DNA of 64,000 nt. Origin: an uncultured Gammaproteobacteria bacterium. Its GTDB lineage: Bacteria > Pseudomonadota > Gammaproteobacteria > UBA9214. Below the pieces are notes generated by a model. That model was not told the DNA's origin, did no database searches, and saw only the letters and a list, made by a program, of their open reading frames with translations. Location of the stretch: positions 64,001 through 128,000 of the forward strand of contig CAVVHS010000007.1 of NCBI GenBank assembly GCA_963748215.1, in the 5' to 3' direction. Position numbers and translations under genes: made by a program. Positions 42,841 to 53,783 of this stretch are shown here, in pieces; position 1 is the stretch's first letter; each line of letters begins with the position of its first letter.

Positions 42841-43404
42841 ATGAAGGACACACTCTACGAACAGCTCTCGGCCCTGGTCGATGACGAACTGCACGAAGAC
42901 GAACATGCCCTGCTGCTCAGGCAACTGGAGCGGGATGACGGGCTGCGCGACCGGCTGGCACGCTACCAGGTTATCAGCGATGCCCTGCGCAGCAACCTGC
43001 CGCACCGGGTCAATACCGGTTTTCACCAGCGTGTCCACGCAGCACTGGAGCAGGAGGCGGAGATCCACGCCACCCCGTCCAGCGTCAAGGCCCTGTTCAG
43101 GCCGCTTGCCGGCCTGGCGCTGGCCGCATCGGTGGCCGCCGTGGCCGTGCTCTCGCTGCAGTCTGTCCGCCAGCAGGACCCGGCAGGTGCGCCGGCCGTC
43201 GCCAGTGCCCCGGGCGTGAATGACTATGTACGCGCCGACAACACCCCGCCGCCGGTCGCGCCGCGCAACAGCGCGCGCGGCCTGGATGTCTACCTGGTCA
43301 ATCACAACGAATATGCGGTCAATCGCGGCATGCAGGGCATGCTACCCTACGTACGACTCGTGGGTCAGGACCTGCAGCCCGACAACAACGAAGCTGCTGA
43401 ATGA
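42841..43404 (+). CDS. rseA: Anti-sigmaE factor RseA/MucA
   Basis: EQLSALVDDE, RYQVISDAL, LAASVAAV transmembrane segment; follows rpoE. Confidence 0.9.
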   Translation: MKDTLYEQLSALVDDELHEDEHALLLRQLERDDGLRDRLARYQVISDALRSNLPHRVNTGFHQRVHAALEQEAEIHATPSSVKALFRPLAGLALAASVAAVAVLSLQSVRQQDPAGAPAVASAPGVNDYVRADNTPPPVAPRNSARGLDVYLVNHNEYAVNRGMQGMLPYVRLVGQDLQPDNNEAAE

Positions 43405-43457
43405 CAATTGGCTGCAACAGGTCCGGATGAAGACCGGAGGTTCCGGGAAATGAAGCC

Positions 43458-44429
43458 GTGAAGGGGTTGCTGATACTACTGCTCGCCACGAGCGGCCAGT
43501 TGTTTGCAGGGGACAGCGCCCGTGACTGGCTGGACGATATGTCCACCGCCCTGCAGACGCTCGATTACGACGGCACCTTCGTCTACCTGCACGATGACAA
43601 GCTCGAGACAATGCGCATCATCCATCGCATGGACGCCGGTGGCCAGCGCGAGCGCCTGGTGTCGCTGACCGGCAGTGCGCGCGAGGTGCTGCGTGATGAC
43701 AAATCGGTCACCTGCATCATGCCGGACAATCGTTCGGTCATGATCGGACAGAGCCGGCCGCGCCAGCCGTTTCCGGTCGTGCCCAGGGACCTGGACAGCG
43801 TATCCCCGTACTATGCACTGGAAGACGTCGGCGATGATCGCATGGCCGGTTACAGCGCACGGGTAATCGCGATCACGCCGCGCGATGCATTCCGTTACGG
43901 CTACCGTTTCTGGATCGACAAGGACACCCGCATGCTGCTCAAGTCGGACCTGACCGGCGTCGATGGCAAGCCTATCGAGCAGGTCATGTTTACCCGGCTG
44001 CTGATCGGGCCGGATATCTCCAGCGACGACCTGCAACCCTCCCTGACCGGTGACGGCTACGCCTGGCACCGGCAGGAGGACATTCGCAATCCCGCCAGCG
44101 GCAGTCCGGCGGGAGAGCCGGGCTGGAGTGTGGGCCGGCTGCCCGGCGGCTTCAGGCTGACAAGTTTCCAGCACAAGCGCATGCAAGAGGGTCGCGGGGA
44201 TGCCGAGCACATGGTATTCACCGACGGCCTGGCGACCGTCTCCGTCTACGTCGAGCGCTCGCCCGCGGAGCGGCCCGGATTCATCGGCCTGTCGAGCATG
44301 GGCGCCATGAACGCCTACCGGGTCATGCATGACGACAGCCAGATCACGGTGGTGGGCGAGGTGCCGGCCACGACCGTCGAGATGATCGCGAATTCCGTCG
44401 CGCGCAATGCGGACGCAGCCGATGATTGA
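43458..44429 (+). CDS. rseB: RseB/MucB
   Basis: LDYDGTFVY, ERLVSLTG, FTDGLATVSVYVE, VVGEVP. Confidence 0.92.
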   Translation: MKGLLILLLATSGQLFAGDSARDWLDDMSTALQTLDYDGTFVYLHDDKLETMRIIHRMDAGGQRERLVSLTGSAREVLRDDKSVTCIMPDNRSVMIGQSRPRQPFPVVPRDLDSVSPYYALEDVGDDRMAGYSARVIAITPRDAFRYGYRFWIDKDTRMLLKSDLTGVDGKPIEQVMFTRLLIGPDISSDDLQPSLTGDGYAWHRQEDIRNPASGSPAGEPGWSVGRLPGGFRLTSFQHKRMQEGRGDAEHMVFTDGLATVSVYVERSPAERPGFIGLSSMGAMNAYRVMHDDSQITVVGEVPATTVEMIANSVARNADAADD

Positions 44430-44868
44430 AGAAACCGGGCGGGTCGTCGATGTGCAGGGTGAGTTCGCCTGGATCGAGAGCGAACGCCGCAGCGCCTGCG
44501 CCGGTTGTGCGTCGAACGAGGGGTGCGGCACGGGTGTTATTGCGCGTGCCTTCGGTAACCGCTCGGTGACACTGAAGGTGCTCAACCGCATTGGCGCCGG
44601 GATCGGCGACCGGGTCGTGATCGGTATTTCGGAAACCGGGCTGGTACGTGGCGCGCTCGCCGTATATGCGCTGCCACTGCTTGCCCTGTTCATTGGTGCG
44701 CTATGCGGTCAGTGGCTGGCCGGCGGCAGTGACCTGGCGGCAATCGCCGGTGCCGTGGCCGGACTGGCGGCCGGGCTGGCCTGGCTGGCGCGTTTCAGCC
44801 GGCGTACCCGGGTCGATGCCGCATTCCAGCCCGTGGTCCTGCGGCAGCAGGCGGGTGGCGGGCTCTGA
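44422..44868 (+). CDS. rseC: RseC/MucC
   Basis: SACAGC..GCG Cys motif and two C-terminal transmembrane segments. Confidence 0.9.
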   Translation: MIEETGRVVDVQGEFAWIESERRSACAGCASNEGCGTGVIARAFGNRSVTLKVLNRIGAGIGDRVVIGISETGLVRGALAVYALPLLALFIGALCGQWLAGGSDLAAIAGAVAGLAAGLAWLARFSRRTRVDAAFQPVVLRQQAGGGL

Positions 44869-44925
44869 TTGCAGCGGCCGGTTGATGGCCTTTGGTACAT
44901 TCGGATTACAGGTAGGGAGAAAAGT

Positions 44926-46359
44926 ATGATGATTCAAAAAGGATATGCAGGCCTCGTGTTGTCGGCAATGCTGTTCTGCCTTGCCGGTATGCAGGCCGTA
45001 CAGGCGGAGCATCTGCCGTCATTTACGGGACTGGTCAAGGAGGCGAGTCCGTCCGTGGTTAATATCAGTACCACGCAAAAAGTCAAAACCGGCATGCCGC
45101 ATCTGCCGGAAGGCTTCGAAATTCCGGAGCTGCCGGAGGGCAGCCCGTTCGGCGAACTGTTCAAGTATTTTTTCGACCAGGAAAACGAAGGTGAGCCCAG
45201 CTACCATGATTCCAAGTCGCTTGGTTCCGGTTTTATTATTTCCGCAGATGGCTACATCCTGACCAATTACCATGTCGTGAACGAGGCCGATGAAATCATC
45301 GTGCGCCTGAGCGACCGGCGCGAACTTAAGGCCGAGGTGATCGGTGAGGACAAGCGCAGTGATGTCGCGCTGGTCAAGATCGAGGCCACTGACCTGCCGG
45401 TGGTGAAGATCGGCAAGTCGCGCGACCTGGAAGTGGGCGAGTGGGTGCTGGCGATCGGCTCGCCGTTCGGCTTCGACCTGTCCGCCACCGCCGGTATCGT
45501 CAGCGCCAAGGGCCGCAGCCTGCCGCGCGAGAATTACGTGCCGTTCATCCAGACCGACGTGGCCATCAACCCGGGCAATTCGGGCGGTCCGCTGTTCAAC
45601 CAGAACGGCGAGGTGGTCGGGGTGAACTCGCAGATCTACAGCCGCACCGGCGGTTACATGGGCCTGTCGTTCGCGATCCCGATCGAGGTGGCCATGGATG
45701 TGGTCGACCAGCTCAAGACCAAGGGTCGCGTCAGCCGCGGCTGGCTGGGCGTGCTGATCCAGGACGTGACGCTGGACCTGGCCGAATCGTTCGGCATGAA
45801 GAAGCCGCGCGGTGCGCTGGTCGCCAAGGTGCTGCCTGACAGCCCGGCCCAGGACGCCGGCATCAAGGTCGGTGACGTTATCGTGAGGTTCAACAACAAC
45901 GAGGTGATCAATTCCGCCAACCTGCCGCCCATCGTCGGCAGCAGCGAGGTCGGCGTGAAGCTGCCGGTCGAGGTGGTGCGTAACGCGCGCAACCGCACCG
46001 TCATGGTCACGCTCGGTGAACTGCCGGAAGAGGGCGAGGAACTGGCCCGGGTCAGGGCGCCGGAAGCAGCGCAGGCGAACCGGCTCGGTATCATCGTGAT
46101 GCCCCTGACCGAAGAGCAGATCAGCGAAAACGGTGTCAGTTCCGGTGTGGTGGTATCGCAGGTGGACAACGGGGCAGCGGGGCGTGCCGGGCTGCGCAAG
46201 GGCGACATCATCCTGAGCGTGGACAATAAACCGGTGCAGGACATCAAGCAGTTCAACGCCATGGTGGACGGACTGCAGCCCGGCAAGTCAGTCGCGATGC
46301 TGGTGCAGCGCGGCGGCAGCCCGACATTTCTGGCACTCAAGGTGCCGGGGGATAACTAG
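44926..46359 (+). CDS. degP: DegP/MucD serine protease with two PDZ domains
   Basis: GSGFII, TNYHV, DVAL, GNSGGP, PDZ repeats; mucD position. Confidence 0.9.
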   Translation: MMIQKGYAGLVLSAMLFCLAGMQAVQAEHLPSFTGLVKEASPSVVNISTTQKVKTGMPHLPEGFEIPELPEGSPFGELFKYFFDQENEGEPSYHDSKSLGSGFIISADGYILTNYHVVNEADEIIVRLSDRRELKAEVIGEDKRSDVALVKIEATDLPVVKIGKSRDLEVGEWVLAIGSPFGFDLSATAGIVSAKGRSLPRENYVPFIQTDVAINPGNSGGPLFNQNGEVVGVNSQIYSRTGGYMGLSFAIPIEVAMDVVDQLKTKGRVSRGWLGVLIQDVTLDLAESFGMKKPRGALVAKVLPDSPAQDAGIKVGDVIVRFNNNEVINSANLPPIVGSSEVGVKLPVEVVRNARNRTVMVTLGELPEEGEELARVRAPEAAQANRLGIIVMPLTEEQISENGVSSGVVVSQVDNGAAGRAGLRKGDIILSVDNKPVQDIKQFNAMVDGLQPGKSVAMLVQRGGSPTFLALKVPGDN

Positions 46360-46384
46360 CCGGTCCGGATGGCCCCGGGCACCT

Positions 46385-46642
46385 GTGCCGAGTCAGCTGA
46401 CAGTCTACGTGCGCCGGGGCTGTCATCTCTGTACCGACATGACGCTGGCGCTTGAGCGCCTGCGTCATGAGCTGGATTTTACCTTCGTCACTGTCGATAT
46501 CGATCGCGACCCCGACCTGGCCGGCCGCTACGGCACCCGGGTGCCGGTGCTGGTCGGGGGCGGCGGGCACGAGCTCTGCTACTACTTCCTGGACGAGGAC
46601 CGCCTGCGCAGCCACTGTCAGCGCGTCCCTGATACGCCGTGA
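46385..46642 (+). CDS. Glutaredoxin-like protein (DUF836)
   Basis: GCHLC, VDID, RVPVL. Confidence 0.85.
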   Translation: MPSQLTVYVRRGCHLCTDMTLALERLRHELDFTFVTVDIDRDPDLAGRYGTRVPVLVGGGGHELCYYFLDEDRLRSHCQRVPDTP

Positions 46643-46775
46643 GTGACTTGCAACAGCGTTGCTGTATAATCCGGAACCTTTCCAGCAATCAGTAACTTGT
46701 GGCATATACCAGCGTGTTTCCCGATGCTCCCCCTGCAGGCGCCGAGCGCGCCCGTCCTGCGCCATGCAAACTGCG

Positions 46776-48579
46776 ATGACCGATAACCAGCACATTCGCA
46801 ATTTTTCCATCATTGCCCATATCGATCACGGCAAATCGACGCTGGCGGACCGCTTTATCCAGATCTGCGGCGGATTGACCGAGCGCGAGATGGAGAACCA
46901 GGTGCTCGACTCGATGGACCTGGAGCGCGAGCGCGGCATCACCATCAAGGCGCAGAGCGTGTCGCTGAACTACACGTCGCGGTCCGGCGCGGTTTATGAG
47001 CTCAACTTGATCGATACCCCCGGGCACGTGGATTTCTCCTACGAGGTGTCGCGTTCGCTGGCAGCCTGCGAAGGGGCACTGCTGGTGGTGGACGCGGCGC
47101 AGGGCGTGGAGGCGCAGAGCGTGGCCAACTGCTACACCGCCATCGACCAGGACCTCGAGGTGGTGCCGGTGCTGAACAAGATCGACCTGCCGGCCGCCGA
47201 TCCCGAGCGCGTGATCCGCGAGATCGAGGAGATCATCGGCATCGAGGCAACCGATGCCGTGCGCGTGCAGTGCCAAGACCGGTGAGGGCGTGGCGGACGT
47301 GCTGGAAGAACTGGTGCGCCGCATTCCGCCGCCGAGCGGCGACACCGAGGCGCCGCTGAAGGCGCTGATCATCGATTCCTGGTTCGACAACTACGTCGGC
47401 GTGATCTCGCTGATTCGTGTGATGGACGGCCGACTGACGCGACGCGAGAAGGTCCGCGTGATGTCGACCGGCCGCAACTTCCAGGTAGAACGGCTCGGCG
47501 TGTTCACGCCCAAGCAGGAAGACCGTGAGCTGCTGGAGGCCGGCGACGTCGGCTTCGTGATCGCCGGGATCAAGGACATCGACGGCGCGCCGGTAGGTGA
47601 CACGCTGACGCAGGCCAGCAACCCGGCCGCCAGCGCGCTGCCCGGTTTCAAGATGGCACAGCCGAACGTGTTCGCCGGGCTCTACCCGGTCAGCTCCGAC
47701 GACTACGAGGACCTGCGCGACGCGCTGCAGAAACTGCGGCTCAACGATGCGGCGCTGCACTACGAGCCGGAAACCTCCGATGCGCTGGGATTCGGTTTCC
47801 GCTGCGGTTTTCTCGGCATGCTGCACATGGAGATCGTGCAGGAACGGCTGGAGCGCGAATATGACCTGGACCTGATCACCACGGCGCCGACGGTGATCTA
47901 CGAGGTGCTGGATACGAAGGGCGAACTGCTGAGGATCGACAATCCGGCCAGTCTGCCGCCTGTCAGCCAGGTCGCTGAAATCCGCGAACCGATCATCCTG
48001 GCCAATATCCTGGTGCCGCAGGACTACGTCGGCAACGTCATCACGCTGTGCATCGAGAAGCGCGGTACGCAACGCGACATGCAGTACCTGGGCAACCAGG
48101 TGTCCCTGAACTACGAGTTGCCGCTGAGCGAGGTCGTGCTGGACTTCTTCGACCGGCTGAAGTCCGTCAGCCGCGGCTATGCCTCCTTCGACTACCATTT
48201 CCTGCGCTTCCAGTCGGCACCGCTGGTCAAGCTCGATATCATGATCAACGGCGAGCGGGTCGATGCGCTGTCGCTGATCGTGCATCGCGACCTGGCGCAG
48301 ACCCGCGGACGTCAGCTGGCTTCGCGCATGAAGGAGCTGATCCCGCGCCAGATGTACGATGTGGCCATCCAGGCGGCCATCGGCGGCCAGATCATCGCGC
48401 GCACGACTGTGAAGGCGTTGCGCAAGAATGTCACCGCAAAGTGCTATGGTGGCGACATCAGCCGCAAGCGCAAGCTGCTGGAAAAACAGAAGGCAGGCAA
48501 GAAGCGCATGAAACAGTTCGGCAAGGTAGAGATACCGCAGGCTGCCTTCCTGGCCGTGCTGCGCGTGGATAATGAATGA
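46776..48579 (+). CDS. lepA: Elongation factor 4, frameshift near 47268
   Basis: [41 protein letters not shown]. Confidence 0.95.
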
Positions 48580-48630
48580 GCGCCATGCATATAATGGCGA
48601 AAACTTGAACCTGGTGTGGATGATGGACCA

Positions 48631-49458
48631 ATGACTTTTGATTTTCCGACATTGCTGGTTGGCGCGACCCTGTTCACGGGCATTGCCTGGGCCCTGGATG
48701 CCCTGTTGCTGGCCCCGCGCCGGCGCCGCAAGGCGGCGGCACTGCTCGCAGATGGCAAGCCCGAGGAATCCGACGAGATCAGGGCGGTGCTCAAGGAGCC
48801 AACGCTGATCGAGTATTGCAAGTCTTTCTTTCCGGTTATCCTGGCGGTGCTGCTGCTGCGTTCGTTCCTGGTCGAGCCGTTTCGTATTCCGTCCGGCTCG
48901 ATGATGCCGACCCTGCTGGTAGGTGATTTCATCCTGGTCAACAAGTACGCCTACGGCATACGGCTGCCGGTACTGGATCACAAGATCATCGAGATTGGCG
49001 AACCCGGGCGCGGCGACGTGGTGGTGTTTCGCTATCCCAAGGATCCGTCGGTCGACTACATCAAGCGGGTCGTCGGTCTGCCCGGCGACCGGATTGGCTA
49101 TTACAACAAGGTCGTTTACATTAATGGCGAAGCGGTCGGCCAGATCCCTGCCGGGGTGTATATCGGCAGCGGCTCCGGCGTGCCGATGTCGGGTGCCAGC
49201 AAGCGCCAGGAACAGCTTGGCGACGTGCAGCATGACATCCTGGTCATGCCGCGCACACCGGGCCTGGAAGGCGAGTTCGTGGTCGGTGACAACGAATATT
49301 TCGTGATGGGGGACAACCGTGACAACAGCAACGACAGCCGTTACTGGGGCACGGTTCCGGAAGGCAACCTGGTCGGCAAGGCATTTCGTATCTGGATGAA
49401 CTGGGACAGTGCGGGCGGCGGCGTCGACCTGAAACGGGTCGGCAACCGAATTCAATAA
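48631..49458 (+). CDS. lepB: Signal peptidase I
   Basis: IPSGSMMPTL, YIKRVVG, GDNRDNSNDSR. Confidence 0.96.
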   Translation: MTFDFPTLLVGATLFTGIAWALDALLLAPRRRRKAAALLADGKPEESDEIRAVLKEPTLIEYCKSFFPVILAVLLLRSFLVEPFRIPSGSMMPTLLVGDFILVNKYAYGIRLPVLDHKIIEIGEPGRGDVVVFRYPKDPSVDYIKRVVGLPGDRIGYYNKVVYINGEAVGQIPAGVYIGSGSGVPMSGASKRQEQLGDVQHDILVMPRTPGLEGEFVVGDNEYFVMGDNRDNSNDSRYWGTVPEGNLVGKAFRIWMNWDSAGGGVDLKRVGNRIQ

Positions 49459-49479
49459 GGCTAATACGAGGGAAAAACA

Positions 49480-49848
49480 ATGCGTTCACTGACTCGACAG
49501 AAGGGGATGACGGGAATCGGCTGGCTGATCGTACTAGGCTTGATCGGCTTTTTCGCACTGCTTACCCTGAAGATGGTGCCGTCCTACCTCGAGTACTACA
49601 AGATTGTGTCGACACTTGAGTCACTCGAGGAGGAGTCCGGTTTCAATTCGCCCGTGGAGATAAGGAATCTGCTCGAGCGCCGATTCGATATCAGTTTTGT
49701 CAACACCATCCAGCCCAAGGACGTGATCGTCAAATCATCAGGCAAGAATTACAAAGTCCAGGCCAGGTATGATTCCAAGGTTCACCTGTTCGGCAACGTG
49801 TCCGTGTTGATGGCATTCGACAAGCAGGTGGTGGCGCGCAAGCTTTGA
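49480..49848 (+). CDS. DUF4845-family protein
   Basis: QKGMT pilin-like N-terminus; usual position between lepB and rnc. Confidence 0.85.
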   Translation: MRSLTRQKGMTGIGWLIVLGLIGFFALLTLKMVPSYLEYYKIVSTLESLEEESGFNSPVEIRNLLERRFDISFVNTIQPKDVIVKSSGKNYKVQARYDSKVHLFGNVSVLMAFDKQVVARKL

Positions 49849-50531
49849 TAAGTTCACCAGACCGGCTGGAGCAGCGCCTCGGTTACAGATTTACAGATGC
49901 CTCGCTGTTGCAGCAGGCGCTGTCGCATCGCAGCGTAGGCAGCAGTAATAACGAACGCCTGGAATTTCTCGGTGACGCCGTGCTCGGAACGGTCATCGCC
50001 GGTGAACTTTACCGCCGCTTCCCGAGGGCCAGCGAAGGCCGGCTCAGCCGGCTGCGTGCAACGCTGGTGCGGCGCGAGTCGCTGGCGGACATTGCCCGGA
50101 TCCTGGAGATCGGTCAGTACCTGCAACTGGGTCCTGGCGAGCGCAAGAGCGGTGGTCATCGCCGCGACTCCATCATGTCGGATGCCGTCGAGGCGGTATT
50201 GGGCGCCATTTACCTGGACAGCGACTTCGCGACCTGCAGGCGCTGCATCCTCGCGCTGTTCGAGGCACGACTGGAACAACTCACCGAAACGGCGGTGCTC
50301 AAGGATCCCAAGACGCGGCTGCAGGAATTCCTGCAGGCCAGGCGCCGGCCCCTGCCCGAGTATGCCGTGATCGACGTCAGCGGCGATGCGCATGCGCAGC
50401 AATTCCGGGTGGAATGCCGCGTGGACGGGGGCGAGCCGGCGACCGGCGCGGGTGGCAGCCGTCGCCAGGCGGAGCAGGATGCCGCCGCGCAGATACTGCA
50501 GCAGCTGGAGTCGGAGCGTTCTCATGACTGA
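49845..50531 (+). CDS. rnc: Ribonuclease III
   Basis: NERLEFLGD signature, KDPKTRLQE dsRBD. Confidence 0.96.
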   Translation: MISSPDRLEQRLGYRFTDASLLQQALSHRSVGSSNNERLEFLGDAVLGTVIAGELYRRFPRASEGRLSRLRATLVRRESLADIARILEIGQYLQLGPGERKSGGHRRDSIMSDAVEAVLGAIYLDSDFATCRRCILALFEARLEQLTETAVLKDPKTRLQEFLQARRRPLPEYAVIDVSGDAHAQQFRVECRVDGGEPATGAGGSRRQAEQDAAAQILQQLESERSHD

Positions 50532-51423
50532 ACCCTTTCGCTGCGGCTACATAGCGCTCGCCGGACGCCCCAATGTCGGCAAGTCCACCTTGCTGAACCG
50601 GATCCTGGGCCAGAAGATCAGCATCACGTCGAGACGTCCGCAAACCACGCGCCACAGCATTCTCGGCATCAAGACGCTGCCGCATGCCCAGCTGGTTTAC
50701 GTCGATACCCCCGGTATCCATGACTACAGCGGACGCGCCATGAACCGTCACATGAATCGCACGGCCAGCACGGCGCTGGCTGATGTCGATGTCGTGGTAT
50801 TCATTATCGAGGCCCTGCGCTGGCTGCCCGACGATGATCTGGTGCTGAAAAAACTCGCGGGACTGGACTGTCCGGTCATCCTCGCTGTAAACAAGATCGA
50901 TACGCTGGCCAGCCGTGAGGTGCTGTTGCCTGAGCTGGAGGCCTTGTCACGCAAGCGCGCCTTCAGCGAGATCATCCCTATTTCCGCCAGCAAGGGCACG
51001 AACGTCACCGCGCTGGAAACGGCCATCGAGGCCTTGTTGCCGCAGGCACCACCGTTCTTTCCGGAAGATCAGGTCACGGACCGTTCGGAACGCTTCCTGG
51101 TTGCAGAATTGATACGGGAGAAACTGTTTCGCAAGCTGACCCGCGAGCTGCCCTACGGCCTGACCGTGGAGGTGGAGGCATTCCGGAGCGAGCCGCGCAT
51201 CACCCATATACATGCGCTGATCTGGGTTGAGCGGCAGAGCCAGAAGAACATCGTCATCGGCAAGCAGGGTGCGGTACTCAAGGAAGTCGGACAGCAGGCA
51301 CGCCGGGATATCGAGGCGCTGATCGGCGGCAGGGTGAACCTGAAACTGTGGGTAAAGGTGAAGGAAGGCTGGGCGGACGACGAGCGGGCGCTGCGCAGCC
51401 TCGGTTATACTCACGACGACTAG
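50524..51423 (+). CDS. era: GTPase Era
   Basis: GRPNVGKS, QTTR, DTPG, NKID, VIGKQG KH domain. Confidence 0.96.
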   Translation: MTEPFRCGYIALAGRPNVGKSTLLNRILGQKISITSRRPQTTRHSILGIKTLPHAQLVYVDTPGIHDYSGRAMNRHMNRTASTALADVDVVVFIIEALRWLPDDDLVLKKLAGLDCPVILAVNKIDTLASREVLLPELEALSRKRAFSEIIPISASKGTNVTALETAIEALLPQAPPFFPEDQVTDRSERFLVAELIREKLFRKLTRELPYGLTVEVEAFRSEPRITHIHALIWVERQSQKNIVIGKQGAVLKEVGQQARRDIEALIGGRVNLKLWVKVKEGWADDERALRSLGYTHDD

Positions 51424-51585
51424 GAGCCTGTCGGACTTAGGGGTTCGTAGCGAGGCGAGTGGGAAAGCGAGATCAAATGGTCACGATTTTGAGGCGCATA
51501 GTAGTCCTACGTAACGAGAAATCGGGACCATTTGGGCCGCTTTCCCGCCGCCGCAGTAGAATCATCCTAAGTCCGACAGGCTCCT
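51422..51585. mobile_element. MITE-like element with perfect 20-bp terminal inverted repeats
   Basis: AGGAGCCTGTCGGACTTAGG (51422-51441) / CCTAAGTCCGACAGGCTCCT (51566-51585), self-complementary interior, overlaps the era stop codon. Confidence 0.82.
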
Positions 51586-51610
51586 GTCAGCCCGCATATA
51601 ACATCCGCCC

Positions 51611-52366
51611 ATGAGTGAACGCGTCAAGGTTTTGCTGGAGCCCGCCTGGGTGCTGCATCATTATCCCTACCGGGATTCGAGCCTGCTGCTCGAGGTGTTC
51701 AGCCGCGCGCACGGACGGGTCGGGCTGATCGCACGCGGTGCACGCGCAGCAAAAGGGCGCTGGCGCAACCAGCTGCAGATACTGCGGCCGCTGCTGCTGT
51801 CGTGGAGCATGCGCGGTGAACTCGGCACGCTGACCGATGCGGAAAGTGTGCGTGCGCCGCTCAACTGGTCCGGCCGCCAGGTGCTGTGCGCCAGCTACCT
51901 GAACGAGTTGCTGCTGCGCCTGGTGACACGCCACGACCCGCACCCGGCGCTGTTCGATGCCTACCAGCAGGCACTGGCACGGCTGACGGGGCACGAGGAA
52001 GCGGCGCTGCGCTGCTTTGAGAAGCACTTGCTGACCGAGCTGGGCTATGGCCTGTTACTGGACCACGACGTGCAGAGCGGGGTGCCGGTGGAGGCGACAG
52101 CTTGCTATGAATACCTGCTGGAGCGCGGCCCGATGCGCCGTGAACGGGCGGCCGGCGACGGCATCTTCCTGCGCGGCACCAGCCTGCTGGCACTGCACAA
52201 CGAGGAACTGACCGATACGCAGGCGTGCCGGGAGGTGAAGGTGCTGACGCGGGCGGCGCTGGACCTGTATCTCGGCGCGCGGCCGTTGAAGACGCGCGCG
52301 GTGCTGCGACAACTGGCGTCGCTGGCGCGGCCGGTCGTCGTGCCAGGCAGTCCACCCGGAACCTGA
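51611..52366 (+). CDS. recO: DNA repair protein RecO
   Basis: VLHHYPYRDSSLL, YLNELL, FEKHLL.ELGYG. Confidence 0.93.
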   Translation: MSERVKVLLEPAWVLHHYPYRDSSLLLEVFSRAHGRVGLIARGARAAKGRWRNQLQILRPLLLSWSMRGELGTLTDAESVRAPLNWSGRQVLCASYLNELLLRLVTRHDPHPALFDAYQQALARLTGHEEAALRCFEKHLLTELGYGLLLDHDVQSGVPVEATACYEYLLERGPMRRERAAGDGIFLRGTSLLALHNEELTDTQACREVKVLTRAALDLYLGARPLKTRAVLRQLASLARPVVVPGSPPGT

Positions 52367-52384
52367 GTAGGAGATCGTTCGAAC

Positions 52385-53107
52385 ATGCACCTGGGTGTCA
52401 ATATCGATCATGTCGCCACGCTCCGGCAGGCGCGCGGCACGCCGTATCCCGACCCGGTCGATGCGGCGCGGGTGGCCGAGCAGGCCGGCGCGGACAGTAT
52501 CACCCTGCACCTGCGCGAGGACCGGCGCCATATCCAGGAGCGGGACGTGATCGCCCTGCGGGACGTGCTCGCCACGCGCATGAACCTGGAGATGGCGGTG
52601 ACCGACGAAATGCTGGCCTTCGCCTGCAGGATCCGGCCCGCGGATTGCTGCCTGGTGCCGGAACGGCGCGAGGAACTCACCACCGAGGGTGGTCTTGACG
52701 TGGCCGGTCAGCTGCCACGCATGCGCGATGCCTGTGCGCGGCTGGCCGATGCCGGCATCCGCGTGTCGCTGTTCATCGACGCGGACCCGAAGCAGGTTGC
52801 GGCAGCCGCCGGAAGCGGCGCGCCCTGCATCGAGATCCATACCGGCCGCTTCGCCGATGCGGTGGATGCGCGGTCCGAGGTGGACGAGCTGGCGCGCATC
52901 GAGGCCGCCGTGCAACAGGGCGTGGCCGCGGGACTGACGGTGCACGCCGGTCACGGCCTGCACTATGGCAATGTGCACCGGATTGCCGCGTTGCCCGACC
53001 TGCGCGAACTGAATATCGGGCATGCGATCATTGCCCGTGCGTTATTTTCCGGGCTGTCTGCCGCTGTGACCGAGATGAAGGAGCTGATGATGCAGGCGCG
53101 CCGCTGA
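52385..53107 (+). CDS. pdxJ: Pyridoxine 5'-phosphate synthase
   Basis: [34 protein letters not shown]. Confidence 0.96.
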   Translation: MHLGVNIDHVATLRQARGTPYPDPVDAARVAEQAGADSITLHLREDRRHIQERDVIALRDVLATRMNLEMAVTDEMLAFACRIRPADCCLVPERREELTTEGGLDVAGQLPRMRDACARLADAGIRVSLFIDADPKQVAAAAGSGAPCIEIHTGRFADAVDARSEVDELARIEAAVQQGVAAGLTVHAGHGLHYGNVHRIAALPDLRELNIGHAIIARALFSGLSAAVTEMKELMMQARR

Positions 53108-53132
53108 CCAGCTGCTGGCGGCCCGGCCGGCG

Positions 53133-53594
53133 TTATTCCATGTGCGTGCGATAGCCGCTGTTGTGCAGGGTGTGGTCCATGGCTTGCATGGCGCGGTCAA
53201 AGTAATGCTCGATAGTGCTGCAGTTACCCGTCTTCAGGGCCAGGCGCAGTTGCCTGAGACCCTGCTCCAGTTCATCCGCCTCGCAATAGGCGGCGGCGCC
53301 GAGGATCTGGTGCACGCTGTCGCGCAGGCGCCGGTGATCGCCGGCCGCGAACGACTCGGCCATCCGTTTGCGGTAGTCCGGCAGTTCGATCAGCAGCTGG
53401 GCAAACAGCTCGTGCGGGAATTCCCGCGCGAGCTCATCGATATGCAGGTCCTCGGCGGGAAGTTCAGGCGCTGCTGCTACCGGCGGCACGGCATCCGGTT
53501 GCGGCGGCCGTGACCCGGTGCGGTGTTCGGGACGCGGCCGTGCATCGCGCAGTTCCCTGTACAGGTCGATCAGTTCATCGAAAATGGTCTTCAT
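53133..53594 (-). CDS. Stand-alone Hpt (histidine phosphotransfer) protein
   Basis: VHQILGAAAYC matches the Hpt H-x-x-x-G pattern in a helical domain. Confidence 0.7.
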   Translation of the reverse strand: MKTIFDELIDLYRELRDARPRPEHRTGSRPPQPDAVPPVAAAPELPAEDLHIDELAREFPHELFAQLLIELPDYRKRMAESFAAGDHRRLRDSVHQILGAAAYCEADELEQGLRQLRLALKTGNCSTIEHYFDRAMQAMDHTLHNSGYRTHME

Positions 53595-53783
53595 ATCGCT
53601 TCCGGTGCGCGGTGCCGGCAGCGGACCGGGATAGCCCGACTGGCGCAGCGGCTGGATGGAAACAATGCTACTGCATCTCCGGCGCAGTCACCATCTGCAG
53701 CACGTCAGCGTATGCAGACAATGACTGTCTGAATTTCCCGGTTCTTCGGTATACTGTCTGCCTCCAACGAGGGTGGCTAACTG

